64,000 nucleotides of DNA. It comes from an uncultured Acidobacteriota bacterium (GTDB taxonomy: Bacteria > Acidobacteriota > Thermoanaerobaculia > Multivoradales > SZUA-115). Below, piece by piece: positions 47,644-57,119 of the stretch. Position numbers and translations under genes: made by a program. The notes beneath the pieces were generated by a model. It had not been told where the DNA came from and did no database searches. It saw nothing but the letters and a program-made list of their open reading frames with translations. Numbering within the stretch: position 1 is the stretch's first letter; every line of letters begins with the position of its first letter. The DNA is taken from the NCBI GenBank assembly GCA_963805975.1, contig CAWDVR010000002.1, forward strand, positions 1-64,000. The letters run 5' to 3'.

Positions 47644-47672
47644 TTGACTTACGCCTCCATTACGCCTACTCT
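47644..47672 (+). promoter_or_regulatory. dnaE2 promoter with a direct-repeat operator in the spacer
   Basis: -35 TTGACT, 17 bp spacer, -10 TACTCT; TTACGCCT at 47649-47656 and 47660-47667. Confidence 0.6.
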
Positions 47673-47701
47673 TCACCCGCGAGCTGATCCGCATTTTCCC
47701 C

Positions 47702-50700
47702 ATGCCGGACGACCCCCAACTGCCTGCCCCACCCGCGAGGAGCTTCGGCAGCGGTGGCCCTCTCTCGTACCTGTCCCCCGGGGCGCGCAAGGAGAAGCTC
47801 CGCCAGCGCTCGTACCACAAAGGGACCGGGGCCAAGCGCCCCTTGCCCTATGCCGAGCTGCGCGCCGCCTCGGCGTTCTCCTTCCTGGAAGGCGCCTCGC
47901 TGCCCGAGGACCTGGTCGAGCGCGCCGCGGCCTGCGAGCTGCCGGCCATGGCGCTGGTGGACCGGAACGGCGTCTACGGCGCGCCGCGCTTCTACCGGGC
48001 GGCCCGCGAGGCGGGCCTCAAGGCCCTGGTGGGGGCCGAGGTGGCGCTGTCAACCGGCCCTCGTTCCGGTGGCACGGCCCCGGCAACGGCCGGCACAGGT
48101 CCGGCCGCTACGCGTTTTCGTGGTCCCCTGGGCCTGGTGCCGGAGCCCCCGCCCCGGTTGCCGGGGCCCGGAGAGGACCGCCCGCCGCGGCTGACGCTGC
48201 TGGTGGAGAGCCGCGCAGGCTACAAGAACCTGTGCCGGCTGCTCACCGCCGCGGCCCGCGGCCGGACCAAGGGCGATGCGCGGGCCGATTGGGAGGTACT
48301 GGCCGCCCACGCCAGCGGCCTCCACTGCCTGACCGGCGGCGGTGAGGGCCCCCTGGCGCGTGCTCTCACCCACGACGGCATGGAAGCGGCGCGGCGCTTC
48401 CTCGAACGCCTCGCCGCGCTCTTCCCCGGCCGCCTGCACGTCGAGCTGCAGCGCCACGGTGTCAAAGAGGAGGAGCAGCGGAACGCGGCCCTCGTCGACC
48501 TCGCCCGGCGCCTGAAGCTGCCGCTCGTCGCCACCAACGGCGTGGCCTACGCGCGGCGCGAGGACAAGCCCCTCCACGACGTGCTGACCTCGATCCGCGA
48601 GCACACCGAGCTCGACAAGGCCGGCGCGCTCCTCGCCGCCCACCGCGAGCGGCACGTCAAGACCGCGGCCGAGATGGCGCGGCTCTTCGCCGACCTGCCG
48701 CGGGCGGTGACGGCGAGCTGGGAGCTCTCCGAGCGCCTCGGCTTCACCCTCGCCGACCTCGGCTACCGCTTCCCGGACTACCCGCTGCCGCCGGGCGAGA
48801 CGCCGGCCTCCTATCTTCGCCAGGTGACCTGGAGCGCGGCCCAGGCCCGCTTCCGGCCGCTCACGGCGCGCGCCCAGGCCCAGGTCGAGAAGGAGCTGGC
48901 GGTGATCGAGAAGCTCGATCTCGCCGGCTACTTCCTCATCGTCTGGGACGTGGTGCGCTTCTGCCAGCGCTCGGGCATCCTCGCCCAGGGCCGCGGCTCG
49001 GCCGCCAACAGCGCGGTCTGCTACGCGCTGGGCATCACCGCCGTGGACCCGGTGAAGATGGGCCTGCTCTTCGAGCGCTTCCTCTCCGAGGAGCGCGGCG
49101 AGTGGCCGGACATCGACCTCGACCTGCCCTCGGGGGCGCAGCGAGAGAAGGTGATCCAGCACGTCTACACCCGCTACGGCCCGCACGGCGCGGCGATGAC
49201 CGCCAACGTCATCACCTACCGCGACCGCTCCTCCACCCGCGAGGTGGCGAAGGTGCTGGGCTACTCGGCGGAACAGGTGGACCAGCTCGCCAAGCGGCTC
49301 GGCACCTTCAACTACGACCTGGTGCGCGGCGACGAGAAGAACCTCGAGCGCGAGATCGCCGCCGCCGGCTTCGACCCGGAGGAGCGGCGCATGCAGCTCT
49401 TCGCCGAGCTGTGGAAGAAGGTCCATCACCTCCCCCGCCATCTCGGCCAGCACTCGGGCGGCATGGTGATCGCCGCCGGCCGGCTCGACGAGGTGGTGCC
49501 GCTCGAGCCCTCATCCATGCCGGGCCGCGTGGTCGTGCAGTGGGACAAGGACGACTGCGCGGACTTAGGAGTAGTCAAGGTCGACCTCCTGGGCCTCGGC
49601 ATGCTGAACGCTCTCGCGGAGGTGATCCCGCTCGTCAGGCGCCACGAGCGGCTGCACGTCGACCTCGCACACCTGCCCCCGGACGATGCCAAGACCTTCG
49701 AGATGATCCGCCGCGCCGACACGGTCGGGGTGTTCCAGATCGAGAGCCGCGCCCAGATGGCCTCGCTCCCCCGGCATTCCCCCGAGCGGTTCTACGACCT
49801 GGTGGTGCAGGTGGCCATCATCCGGCCCGGGCCGATCGTCGGCGGCATGGTGCACCCCTTCTTCGAGCGCCGCCGCGGGCGCCAGCCGGTCGTCTACCCC
49901 CACCCGAGCCTCGAGCCGGTGCTGAAGCGCACTCTCGGCGTGCCGCTCTTCCAGGAGCAGATCCTGCGCGTCGCCATGGTGGCGGCGGGCTTCACCGGCG
50001 GCGAGGCCGAGGAGCTGCGCCGGGCCATGGGCTTCAAGCGCTCGCAGGAGCGCATGGTCGCCATCGAGGAGCGCCTGCGCTCCGGCATGGCGGCGCGCGG
50101 CATCACCGGCCCGGCGCAGGACCAGATCGTGCAGTCGATCACCTCCTTCGCGCTCTACGGCTTCCCGGAGTCGCACGCCGCGAGCTTCGCGCTCATCGCC
50201 TACGCCAGCGCGTACTTGAAAGCCCATCACCCCACGGCCTTCTACACCGCGCTGCTCAACGCCTGGCCGATGGGCTTCTACCACCCGGCGACCCTGGTGA
50301 AGGACGCCGAGCGCCACGGCGTCGAGGTGCGGGCGATCGACGTGGCGCGGTCGGGATGGCGGTGCCGGTGGGAGGCGGCGCCCTCACCCCGGCCCTCCGG
50401 ACGTAGCGGCCGGACCCGTGCCGGCCGTTCTTCGTGGCCCGGACCGACGGCCGGTACAAGCCCGGCCGCTACGGCCGGAAAAGAGACCTCGATCGCCGGC
50501 ACCCTGCGCCTGGGCCTCCGCTATGTGCGTGGCCTCAAGCAGGCGACCGGCGAGCGCATCGAGGCCGAGGCGGCGCGGCAGCCGTTCGCGAGCGTCGAGG
50601 ATCTGGTGACGCGCTGTCACATCGGCGAGGCCGAGGTCGGCGCCCTGGCCTCGGCCGGCGCGCTCGCCGGCTTCGGGCTCACCCGCCGCCAAGCCCTGTG

Positions 50701-51190
50701 GCAGGTGGCGTGGACGGCCCGCCCGGCCGGGCCGCTCTTCGCCGGCGAGGAAGGCTCGCCCTCGCCACTACCCGAGATGGAGCCGCTCGAGGAGACGGTC
50801 ACCGACTTCCTGACCACCGGCATGACCGTGGGCCCCCATCCCCTGGCCTACTTCCGGCCGAAGCTCAAGCGCATGGGAGCGGTCCAGAACGCGGCCCTCG
50901 ACAAGCTGCCGGCCGGCAAAAAAGTGCGCATCGCCGGCTCGGTGATCGTGCGCCAGCGCCCCCCCACCGCCAAGGGCCTGCTCTTCATCACCCTCGAGGA
51001 CGAGAGCGGCATGGCCCAGGCCATCGTACAGCCGGACCAGCTCAAGGAGCACCGCAGCCTGATCGTCGGCTCCCCCGGCCTGATGATCGAAGGCATCCTT
51101 CAGAAGCGCGACGGCAGCCTCTCCGTCAAGGCCGAGAAGTTCTGGTCGCTCCGCCGGCTGGAGGCACCCCCGAGCCACGACTTCCGGTGA
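47702..51190 (+). CDS. dnaE2: Error-prone DNA polymerase III alpha subunit DnaE2
   Basis: SAFSFLEGAS, GRGSAANS, PDIDLD, FQIESRAQ, YGFPESHA and RQRPPTAKG motifs; C-terminal SHDFR motif. Confidence 0.95.
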   Translation: MPDDPQLPAPPARSFGSGGPLSYLSPGARKEKLRQRSYHKGTGAKRPLPYAELRAASAFSFLEGASLPEDLVERAAACELPAMALVDRNGVYGAPRFYRAAREAGLKALVGAEVALSTGPRSGGTAPATAGTGPAATRFRGPLGLVPEPPPRLPGPGEDRPPRLTLLVESRAGYKNLCRLLTAAARGRTKGDARADWEVLAAHASGLHCLTGGGEGPLARALTHDGMEAARRFLERLAALFPGRLHVELQRHGVKEEEQRNAALVDLARRLKLPLVATNGVAYARREDKPLHDVLTSIREHTELDKAGALLAAHRERHVKTAAEMARLFADLPRAVTASWELSERLGFTLADLGYRFPDYPLPPGETPASYLRQVTWSAAQARFRPLTARAQAQVEKELAVIEKLDLAGYFLIVWDVVRFCQRSGILAQGRGSAANSAVCYALGITAVDPVKMGLLFERFLSEERGEWPDIDLDLPSGAQREKVIQHVYTRYGPHGAAMTANVITYRDRSSTREVAKVLGYSAEQVDQLAKRLGTFNYDLVRGDEKNLEREIAAAGFDPEERRMQLFAELWKKVHHLPRHLGQHSGGMVIAAGRLDEVVPLEPSSMPGRVVVQWDKDDCADLGVVKVDLLGLGMLNALAEVIPLVRRHERLHVDLAHLPPDDAKTFEMIRRADTVGVFQIESRAQMASLPRHSPERFYDLVVQVAIIRPGPIVGGMVHPFFERRRGRQPVVYPHPSLEPVLKRTLGVPLFQEQILRVAMVAAGFTGGEAEELRRAMGFKRSQERMVAIEERLRSGMAARGITGPAQDQIVQSITSFALYGFPESHAASFALIAYASAYLKAHHPTAFYTALLNAWPMGFYHPATLVKDAERHGVEVRAIDVARSGWRCRWEAAPSPRPSGRSGRTRAGRSSWPGPTAGTSPAATAGKETSIAGTLRLGLRYVRGLKQATGERIEAEAARQPFASVEDLVTRCHIGEAEVGALASAGALAGFGLTRRQALWQVAWTARPAGPLFAGEEGSPSPLPEMEPLEETVTDFLTTGMTVGPHPLAYFRPKLKRMGAVQNAALDKLPAGKKVRIAGSVIVRQRPPTAKGLLFITLEDESGMAQAIVQPDQLKEHRSLIVGSPGLMIEGILQKRDGSLSVKAEKFWSLRRLEAPPSHDFR
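48086..48112 (-). repeat. GTAG-type REP copy, in frame inside dnaE2
   Basis: The reverse complement CGTAGCGGCCGGACCTGTGCCGGCCGT is 26/27 identical to 50402-50428. Confidence 0.75.
50396..50479. repeat. REPIN-like inverted REP doublet, in frame inside dnaE2
   Basis: CGTAGCGGCCGGACCCGTGCCGGCCGT (50402-50428) and inverted ACGGCCGGTACAAGCCCGGCCGCTACG (50447-50473), flanked by TCCGG/CCGGA. Confidence 0.8.
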
Positions 51191-51239
51191 GCGTCGGTAC
51201 CTTGACGCGGTATACCTAGCGACGGTACGCTAAAAGTCC

Positions 51240-51530
51240 GTGGCCATCCAGAGCTTCGCCGACCCCGAGGTCGAGACCTTCTTCTTCCAGGGCCGGATAC
51301 CGAAACGCGCCGGATGGGCCAACCTAGACAGCGTGGTGCGTAGAAAGCTCGACATGGTCGACTACGCCGACAAGCTGCGGGATCTCGCGGCACCTCCGGG
51401 CAATCGTCTGGAGGAATTGAAGGGAAAGCTCGCCGGCTTCCATAGCATTCGGATCAACGATCAGTGGCGGATCGTCTTCCGCTGGACCGCCGCCGGTCCG
51501 ACCGCGGTCGACATCGTGGACTACCATTAG
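51240..51530 (+). CDS. higB: Type II TA toxin, HigB (RelE superfamily)
   Basis: IQSFAD, RKLDM, PPGNRLEELKG, SIRINDQWRIVFRW and IVDYH motifs; promoter TTGACG-N18-TACGCT upstream. Confidence 0.92.
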   Translation: MAIQSFADPEVETFFFQGRIPKRAGWANLDSVVRRKLDMVDYADKLRDLAAPPGNRLEELKGKLAGFHSIRINDQWRIVFRWTAAGPTAVDIVDYH

Positions 51531-51550
51531 CCGTGAGCCAGGAGCCAACC

Positions 51551-51850
51551 ATGCCCCGACCCCTACTCCAGCGCGAGCCGACGAGTCCAGGCGAGATCCT
51601 GCAAGAGGAGTTTCTGGCCCCTCTGGGCATGACGCAGAAGCAGCTCGCCGATCACCTCGGCTGCGACGTCAAGGTGATCAACCGCATCGTCAACGGCCGG
51701 TCGGCGCTGACCGCAACGATGGCCTTGCGGCTCGCCGCGGCCTTTCGTACGACGCCCGAGCTCTGGCTCAATGCCCAGAAGGCCATCGATCTGTATCGAG
51801 CCAGCCAATCGCTGACCGAGCTGCCGAGCCCTCTGCTCAAAGCGAGCTGA
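51551..51850 (+). CDS. higA: Type II TA antitoxin HigA
   Basis: PGEILQEEFL, TQKQLA, MALRLA and WLNAQ motifs. Confidence 0.92.
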   Translation: MPRPLLQREPTSPGEILQEEFLAPLGMTQKQLADHLGCDVKVINRIVNGRSALTATMALRLAAAFRTTPELWLNAQKAIDLYRASQSLTELPSPLLKAS

Positions 51851-53991
51851 ACCTGCCCGAGAAGCCGTCGGATCCAGGTGCGCCCTCGCCAGCTCCCGCG
51901 CCCATCGACATCATCGTGCCGGTGGCCGGCGCGGCGGCTGACTTCGCGCGCTGCGCGGAGAGCCTCGCAACGGCGACGGACCTTTCGCGCCACCGGCTGG
52001 TGGTGGTGCTGGACGGCGAGCAGGGCGAAGAGGGGGTGGCGATCGAGGCCGCGATCGAGCGGCTGAAGGAAGATCCGGGCCGCGCCGTCGAGGTGGTGCA
52101 GAATTCCGAGCGCCGGGGCTTCGTCGGGAGCGTCAATCGCGGCATGGCGCTCTCCGGCCGCGACGTGATCCTCCTCAACAGCGACACCGTGGTCACGGCG
52201 GGCTGGGTGGAGAAGATGCAGGCCGCGGCGCTCTCCGCGCCCGAGGTGGCGACGGTCACGCCGTTCTCGAACCACGCCACGCTCTGCTCGCTGCCCGAGC
52301 CTTTCGCCGAGAACGCGGTCCCGGCCGGCCACACCATCGACACTTTCGCGCGGCTCGTCGAGGAGAGCTCGCTCCGCGCCTACCCGCGAATCCCCACCGG
52401 CGTGGGCTTCTGCCTCTACGTCAAACGCCGGGCGCTCGACGAGCTGGGCCTCTTCGACGAGGAGGCGTTCGGCGACGGCTATGGCGAGGAGGTGGACTTC
52501 TGCCTGCGCGCCGCGGCGCGCGGCTGGGCCCACGTGCTGGACGACGCCACGTTCATCTACCACGCGGGCCAGAAGAGCTTCGGCCAAAGCCGGCAGCGTC
52601 GCGTGGAGGCCGCGCACCGCGTGATCCGGCGCCGCCACCCGGCCTACCTCGGAACCGTGGCGCGCTTCATGGCGGGCGACCCGCTCGCGCCGCAGCGGCG
52701 TCGGGTGGTCGAGGCGCTGGCGCCGCCGCGCCACCGCCGCAAGCCGCCGGCGAGAGTCCTCCACCTCGTCCACGGCTGGCCGCCCTACAGCTCCGCCGGC
52801 ACGGAAGGGTACGCGCGCTCCCTGGTTCTGCGCCAGGCCGCGCGGCGTGAGGTCTTCGCCTATGCCCGCCTGGCCGACCGCGGGCGCGAGCACGGCGACG
52901 CGGTCGAGCTCTTCGATCACGGCGCCTCCGTGCGGCTGGTCACCAACAACTTCACCCAGCGCAACCCGGTGGCGCGCAACGCGCTCCACGACCCCGCGCT
53001 GACGCGGGACTTCGATCGCTTCCTGGACCGCGCGCGGCCGGCGCTCGCGCACGTGCACCACCTGGCCGGCCACGGCCTGTCGCTCGCGGCAGCGCTCGCC
53101 CGGCGCCACATCCCGATCGTCTTCCAGGCGCAGGACTGGTGGATGCTCTGCGCCCGCGCCAACCTTCTCGACCGCGAGCGCCGCGTGTGCAGCGGACCCG
53201 GCCCCGGCAAGTGCAGCGCCTGCCTGCCGATGACCGCCCTTCCCGGCGCAGCCCTATGGAGCCCCCTGCTCTACGCCGCCCGCAACTTGTGGGCGAGGCG
53301 CCTGCTGCAGAGTGCGAGCGCCGTGGTGATGGGCTCCGAGCACATCGCCCGGAGCCTGGGCGCGCACGGGCTGCTCGACGGCATCGAGCAGGTGTACGTG
53401 CTGCCCTACGGTGTCGAGCTGCCGGGCCTGCCGCGGGGTGAGCCGGTAACGCGGAAACTGCCGCTGCGATTTGGCTGCATCGGCTCGGTGCAGCCGCACA
53501 AGGGCATCCACGTCGCCGTCGCCGCGTTTCGTGGCCTCGACCCTTTGCGAACCAGCCTCGAGATATGGGGCGATCCGGGTGCCGATCCCGCCTACGCTCT
53601 TGAGCTCGAGGCCCTGGCGCAAGGCGCGCCGGTTCGGTTCCGTGGCCGCTTCGCGGAGGAGGAGAAATTTGCGATCCTCTCCGGGCTCGACGCGCTGATC
53701 GTGCCCTCGCTCGGCTACGAGTCCTTCGGCCTGGTGGCGCGCGAGGCCATGGCCTGCGGCACGCCGGTGCTGCTCGCCCGTGGCAGCGCGCTCGCCGAGC
53801 TGTCCTCCGAGCTGCCTGCGGAGGTCTTCTTCACGCCAGGCAGCTCCAGCGAGCTGCGGGCGCGTCTCGAGATGCTGATCCGGCGCCCCGAGACCCTCGC
53901 CGAGTGGGAGCGCTCGCTGCCGCGCGTCAAGAGCATGGACGAGCACGCGGAGGAGATCGAGCGCATCTACGAGCGGGTGCTCGCACGATGA
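51847..53991 (+). CDS. GT2 + GT4 fusion glycosyltransferase (start uncertain)
   Basis: IDIIVPV begins upstream of the GTG at 51916, so an in-frame CTG overlapping the higA stop is used as the start. LLNSDT, GYGEEVDFC, HKG and ESFGLVAREAMACG motifs. Confidence 0.85.
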   Translation: MNLPEKPSDPGAPSPAPAPIDIIVPVAGAAADFARCAESLATATDLSRHRLVVVLDGEQGEEGVAIEAAIERLKEDPGRAVEVVQNSERRGFVGSVNRGMALSGRDVILLNSDTVVTAGWVEKMQAAALSAPEVATVTPFSNHATLCSLPEPFAENAVPAGHTIDTFARLVEESSLRAYPRIPTGVGFCLYVKRRALDELGLFDEEAFGDGYGEEVDFCLRAAARGWAHVLDDATFIYHAGQKSFGQSRQRRVEAAHRVIRRRHPAYLGTVARFMAGDPLAPQRRRVVEALAPPRHRRKPPARVLHLVHGWPPYSSAGTEGYARSLVLRQAARREVFAYARLADRGREHGDAVELFDHGASVRLVTNNFTQRNPVARNALHDPALTRDFDRFLDRARPALAHVHHLAGHGLSLAAALARRHIPIVFQAQDWWMLCARANLLDRERRVCSGPGPGKCSACLPMTALPGAALWSPLLYAARNLWARRLLQSASAVVMGSEHIARSLGAHGLLDGIEQVYVLPYGVELPGLPRGEPVTRKLPLRFGCIGSVQPHKGIHVAVAAFRGLDPLRTSLEIWGDPGADPAYALELEALAQGAPVRFRGRFAEEEKFAILSGLDALIVPSLGYESFGLVAREAMACGTPVLLARGSALAELSSELPAEVFFTPGSSSELRARLEMLIRRPETLAEWERSLPRVKSMDEHAEEIERIYERVLAR

Positions 53992-55391
53992 GCGGCCGGC
54001 TGGCCCTCGCCGCCCGCACGCTCGCGGCCGAGGGGCCGCGGGCGGTTCTCGACCGCGCGCTCGATCACCTGGCCTACTGGCAGTCCCGGCCGCGAGCCCG
54101 GGAGCTGGTGGGCAGCAAGGTGCCGAAGGGCTTCCGCACGCCGGTGCTGCATCTCCTCTCGACGCCGCCCAAGCCCTGGTTCGGCGGTGTCCAAGTGCAC
54201 GTGGCGCGGCGGCGCGAGCTGGAGAGCGCCCGCTCCCCCTTCGTTCTGCTCTTTCCGGAAAGCGGACGCTACCGGCTGGAGATCTGGCACGGCGAGAGCC
54301 GTCGCGCCTGGCGGCTGGGGCCCGCCGCCGAGGAGCGACTCTCGAGCCTCCACGAGCCGGACCTCGAGCGCTCCGTCCGGCAGGCGGCAGAGTGGCTGGG
54401 TGCCGAGATCCTCCACGTCGAGAACCTGGCCGGCCTGCCCCTGGGCAGCGTGCTCCGCCTCGTCGAGGGCGGGCTGCGGACTGTCGTGTCGGTGCACGAC
54501 TTCGCGGCCTTCTGCCCGCGGCCCCACCTCATCGAGCAGCCCGATCAGCGCTTCTGTCACTACTCGCGCGACCTCGGGCGTTGCGCCCGGTGCCTGGGCC
54601 TCGATCCCGAGGCAGGGGCCGACTTCCAGCGCACCCGGCGTGATCTCGCGGGGAGGCTTCTGTCGCAGGCGGAGGCGGTCGTCTATCCTTCGGCCTTCCT
54701 CCGGGACCAGTTCCAGGTGCTGTTCCCGGGCCTCGGGCCCGTGCGCCAGCTCGTGCGCCCGCCTCGGACCGCTCTCGATCCGCGGCCCGCGTCCCGGGCG
54801 GCGCCCACCGTGACGCCCTCGGGGCGCGTCCGCATTGCCTTCGTGGGCAGCGCCAGGCCGCACAAGGGCTCCCGTGTTCTTGCCGAAGTGGTGGACGGCC
54901 TCTCGGCCGAGGAGCGACGGCGCTTCCTCCTCTCGGCCTACGGCGGCGGCGATCTCGGGGAGCTGGCCGCCTGGAGCCGCCGAGGGGTGGAGGTGCGCGG
55001 CTACTACCGTGCGAGCCGGCTGCCGGAGCGGCTGCGGCGCGACCAGATCGACCTCGCGCTCCTGCCGTCGATCTACCCCGAGCCCTACGGCCTGACCCTC
55101 GACGAGTGCCTGGCGGCCGGCGTCGCCGTCGTCGCCTTCGACCACGGCGCCATGGCCGACCGCCTGCGCCTCTGGGGCGGCGGCTGGCTGGTGCCGCCGC
55201 AGGAGGGAGCGGCGGGGATCGTGCGCCTGCTCCGCGAGCTGCCGGCAAGAGAGGCGTGGCCGCGACCTGCTCTTCCAGAGGCCGGGGGGCTCCTCGACTA
55301 CGAGGGCCTCTACCGGCAAGCGCTGGGCGGCGTGATACCTTCGGGCCCTTCTCCAAGGCACTCTGGCTCTGGATCGAGAACCGAACGTTGA
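53988..55391 (+). CDS. GT4 glycosyltransferase
   Basis: HDF...CP, HKG and EPYGLTLDECLAAG motifs. Confidence 0.85.
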   Translation: MSGRLALAARTLAAEGPRAVLDRALDHLAYWQSRPRARELVGSKVPKGFRTPVLHLLSTPPKPWFGGVQVHVARRRELESARSPFVLLFPESGRYRLEIWHGESRRAWRLGPAAEERLSSLHEPDLERSVRQAAEWLGAEILHVENLAGLPLGSVLRLVEGGLRTVVSVHDFAAFCPRPHLIEQPDQRFCHYSRDLGRCARCLGLDPEAGADFQRTRRDLAGRLLSQAEAVVYPSAFLRDQFQVLFPGLGPVRQLVRPPRTALDPRPASRAAPTVTPSGRVRIAFVGSARPHKGSRVLAEVVDGLSAEERRRFLLSAYGGGDLGELAAWSRRGVEVRGYYRASRLPERLRRDQIDLALLPSIYPEPYGLTLDECLAAGVAVVAFDHGAMADRLRLWGGGWLVPPQEGAAGIVRLLRELPAREAWPRPALPEAGGLLDYEGLYRQALGGVIPSGPSPRHSGSGSRTER

Positions 55392-56341
55392 GCGCCTCCT
55401 CCCAGCCTGCCCCGGCGCTCTCCGTGGTGATCCCGAGCCGGGACACGGCGGAGCTGACACTCTCCTGCCTGGCCGCGCTCGAGGCCGCGGCCTACCCGGA
55501 GCTCGAGATCCTGCTGGTGGACGACGGCAGCACGGACGGGACCGAAGAACGCGTCCGCGCACGCTTTCCGGCGGTCCGCGTGCTCTCCCACGAGACGCCG
55601 CGCGGCTTCACCCACGCCGCCAATCTCGGCCTCGGCGCGGCGCGCGGCGAGATCCTCCTGCTGCTCAACAGCGACACCGAGATCGAGCCGCCGGCGCTCG
55701 CCGCACTGGCCGCCGCCTTCGCCGCCGATCACCGCCTGGGCATCGCGGGCGCCCGCCTGTTCTTTCCGGACGGCAGGCCGCAATGGAGCGGCGGCCCGGA
55801 GCCCGGCCTCGCGTGGCTCTTCGGCCTAGCCTCCGGCCTGCCACGCCTCGCGGCCGGGCTTCCCGGCTACCGCCGCCTGCGGCCGGTGTCGGGCTCCGCT
55901 CCTTCCGCCGTGCCCCCAATGACTGTCGATTGGGTGACCGGCGCCGCGCTCGCGCTCCGCCGCCAGGTGTGGCAGGAGGTGGGGCCGCTCGACCCCCGCT
56001 TCCGTTTCTACGCCCAGGACCTCGACCTCTGCCTGCGGGCGCGGGCCGCCGGCTGGGAGGTGCGGGTGCTCCCCGAGGTCGAGGTGCGGCACCACCAGGG
56101 CGGGACGATCACCGCCGCGGACGGCGCGGCCGGGGGCGGTGCAGTGGGGGGCGAGCACCCGGAGCTCCTGTGGACCGACCTCCTGCGCTGGGCCGCCAAG
56201 CACCGCGGGCCGGCCTGGGCGCGGCGCGCGCGCCGGCTGATGTGCCTGGGCGCCCGGCTGCGACTCGCGGGCCGCGACGCCGCGGCCTTCCGCGCGGCCC
56301 GTCGATCGATCTCCCGCCTGCCGCTCGAGGCCTCGCCGTGA
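55388..56341 (+). CDS. GT2 glycosyltransferase
   Basis: SVVIP, VDDGSTDG, LLNSD, VDWVTGA and QDLDLC motifs. Confidence 0.88.
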   Translation: MSASSQPAPALSVVIPSRDTAELTLSCLAALEAAAYPELEILLVDDGSTDGTEERVRARFPAVRVLSHETPRGFTHAANLGLGAARGEILLLLNSDTEIEPPALAALAAAFAADHRLGIAGARLFFPDGRPQWSGGPEPGLAWLFGLASGLPRLAAGLPGYRRLRPVSGSAPSAVPPMTVDWVTGAALALRRQVWQEVGPLDPRFRFYAQDLDLCLRARAAGWEVRVLPEVEVRHHQGGTITAADGAAGGGAVGGEHPELLWTDLLRWAAKHRGPAWARRARRLMCLGARLRLAGRDAAAFRAARRSISRLPLEASP

Positions 56342-56354
56342 GGGCCTTCACGCC

Positions 56355-57119
56355 GTGAGAGCCCTGGCCCGCCACCGGGACCTGGTGCAGATGCTGGTGG
56401 TGCGGGACCTCAAGGTCCGCTACCGGCGGTCGACGATCGGCTTCCTGTGGACCATGCTGCAGCCGCTCCTCACCATGCTGGTGCTGACCACGGTGTTCAG
56501 CCACGTCTTCCGCTTCGACGTGGCGAACTACCCGGTCTACGCCCTCGCCGGCATCCTGTTCTGGAACTTCTTCAGCCAGAGCATCGTGAGCTCGATGAAC
56601 AGCCTGCGCTACAACGCCAACCTGTTGACCAAGGTGCCGGTGCCGAAGGCGGTCTTCCCGCTCGCCACCATCCTCTCGGGGCTGGTCAACCTGCTGCTCG
56701 CGCTGGTGCCGCTGCTCCTGATTCTGGTGGTCACCGGGCATCCGCTCCACCTGACGCTGCTCTTCCTGCCGGTCGCCATCCTGCTGGCGGCGGTCTTCAC
56801 GCTCGGTGCCGGCCTGGTGCTGTCGCCGCTCGCCGCCTTCTTCCACGACATCGTCGAGATGGTGACGGTGGTGATGATGCTGCTGCTCTACATGACGCCG
56901 GTCTTCTACCCGGTGTCGATCGTGCCCGAGCGCTTCGCGTGGATCATCCGTTGGAACCCGGTGCGGGTGGTGCTCGACCTGTTCCGCGAGCCGATCTACT
57001 CGGGCCGGTTGCCCTCGGCCGCTCACCTGGCGGTCGCCACCGTCCTCGCCGCCGTGTCGCTGGCGGTGGGCATCGCCGCCTTCCGGCGCTCGAGCGACCG
57101 CATCGTCTTCTACCTATGA
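56355..57119 (+). CDS. wzm: Polysaccharide ABC exporter permease
   Basis: RDLKVRYRRSTIGFLW..QPL, TPVFYP and WNP motifs. Confidence 0.9.
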   Translation: MRALARHRDLVQMLVVRDLKVRYRRSTIGFLWTMLQPLLTMLVLTTVFSHVFRFDVANYPVYALAGILFWNFFSQSIVSSMNSLRYNANLLTKVPVPKAVFPLATILSGLVNLLLALVPLLLILVVTGHPLHLTLLFLPVAILLAAVFTLGAGLVLSPLAAFFHDIVEMVTVVMMLLLYMTPVFYPVSIVPERFAWIIRWNPVRVVLDLFREPIYSGRLPSAAHLAVATVLAAVSLAVGIAAFRRSSDRIVFYL

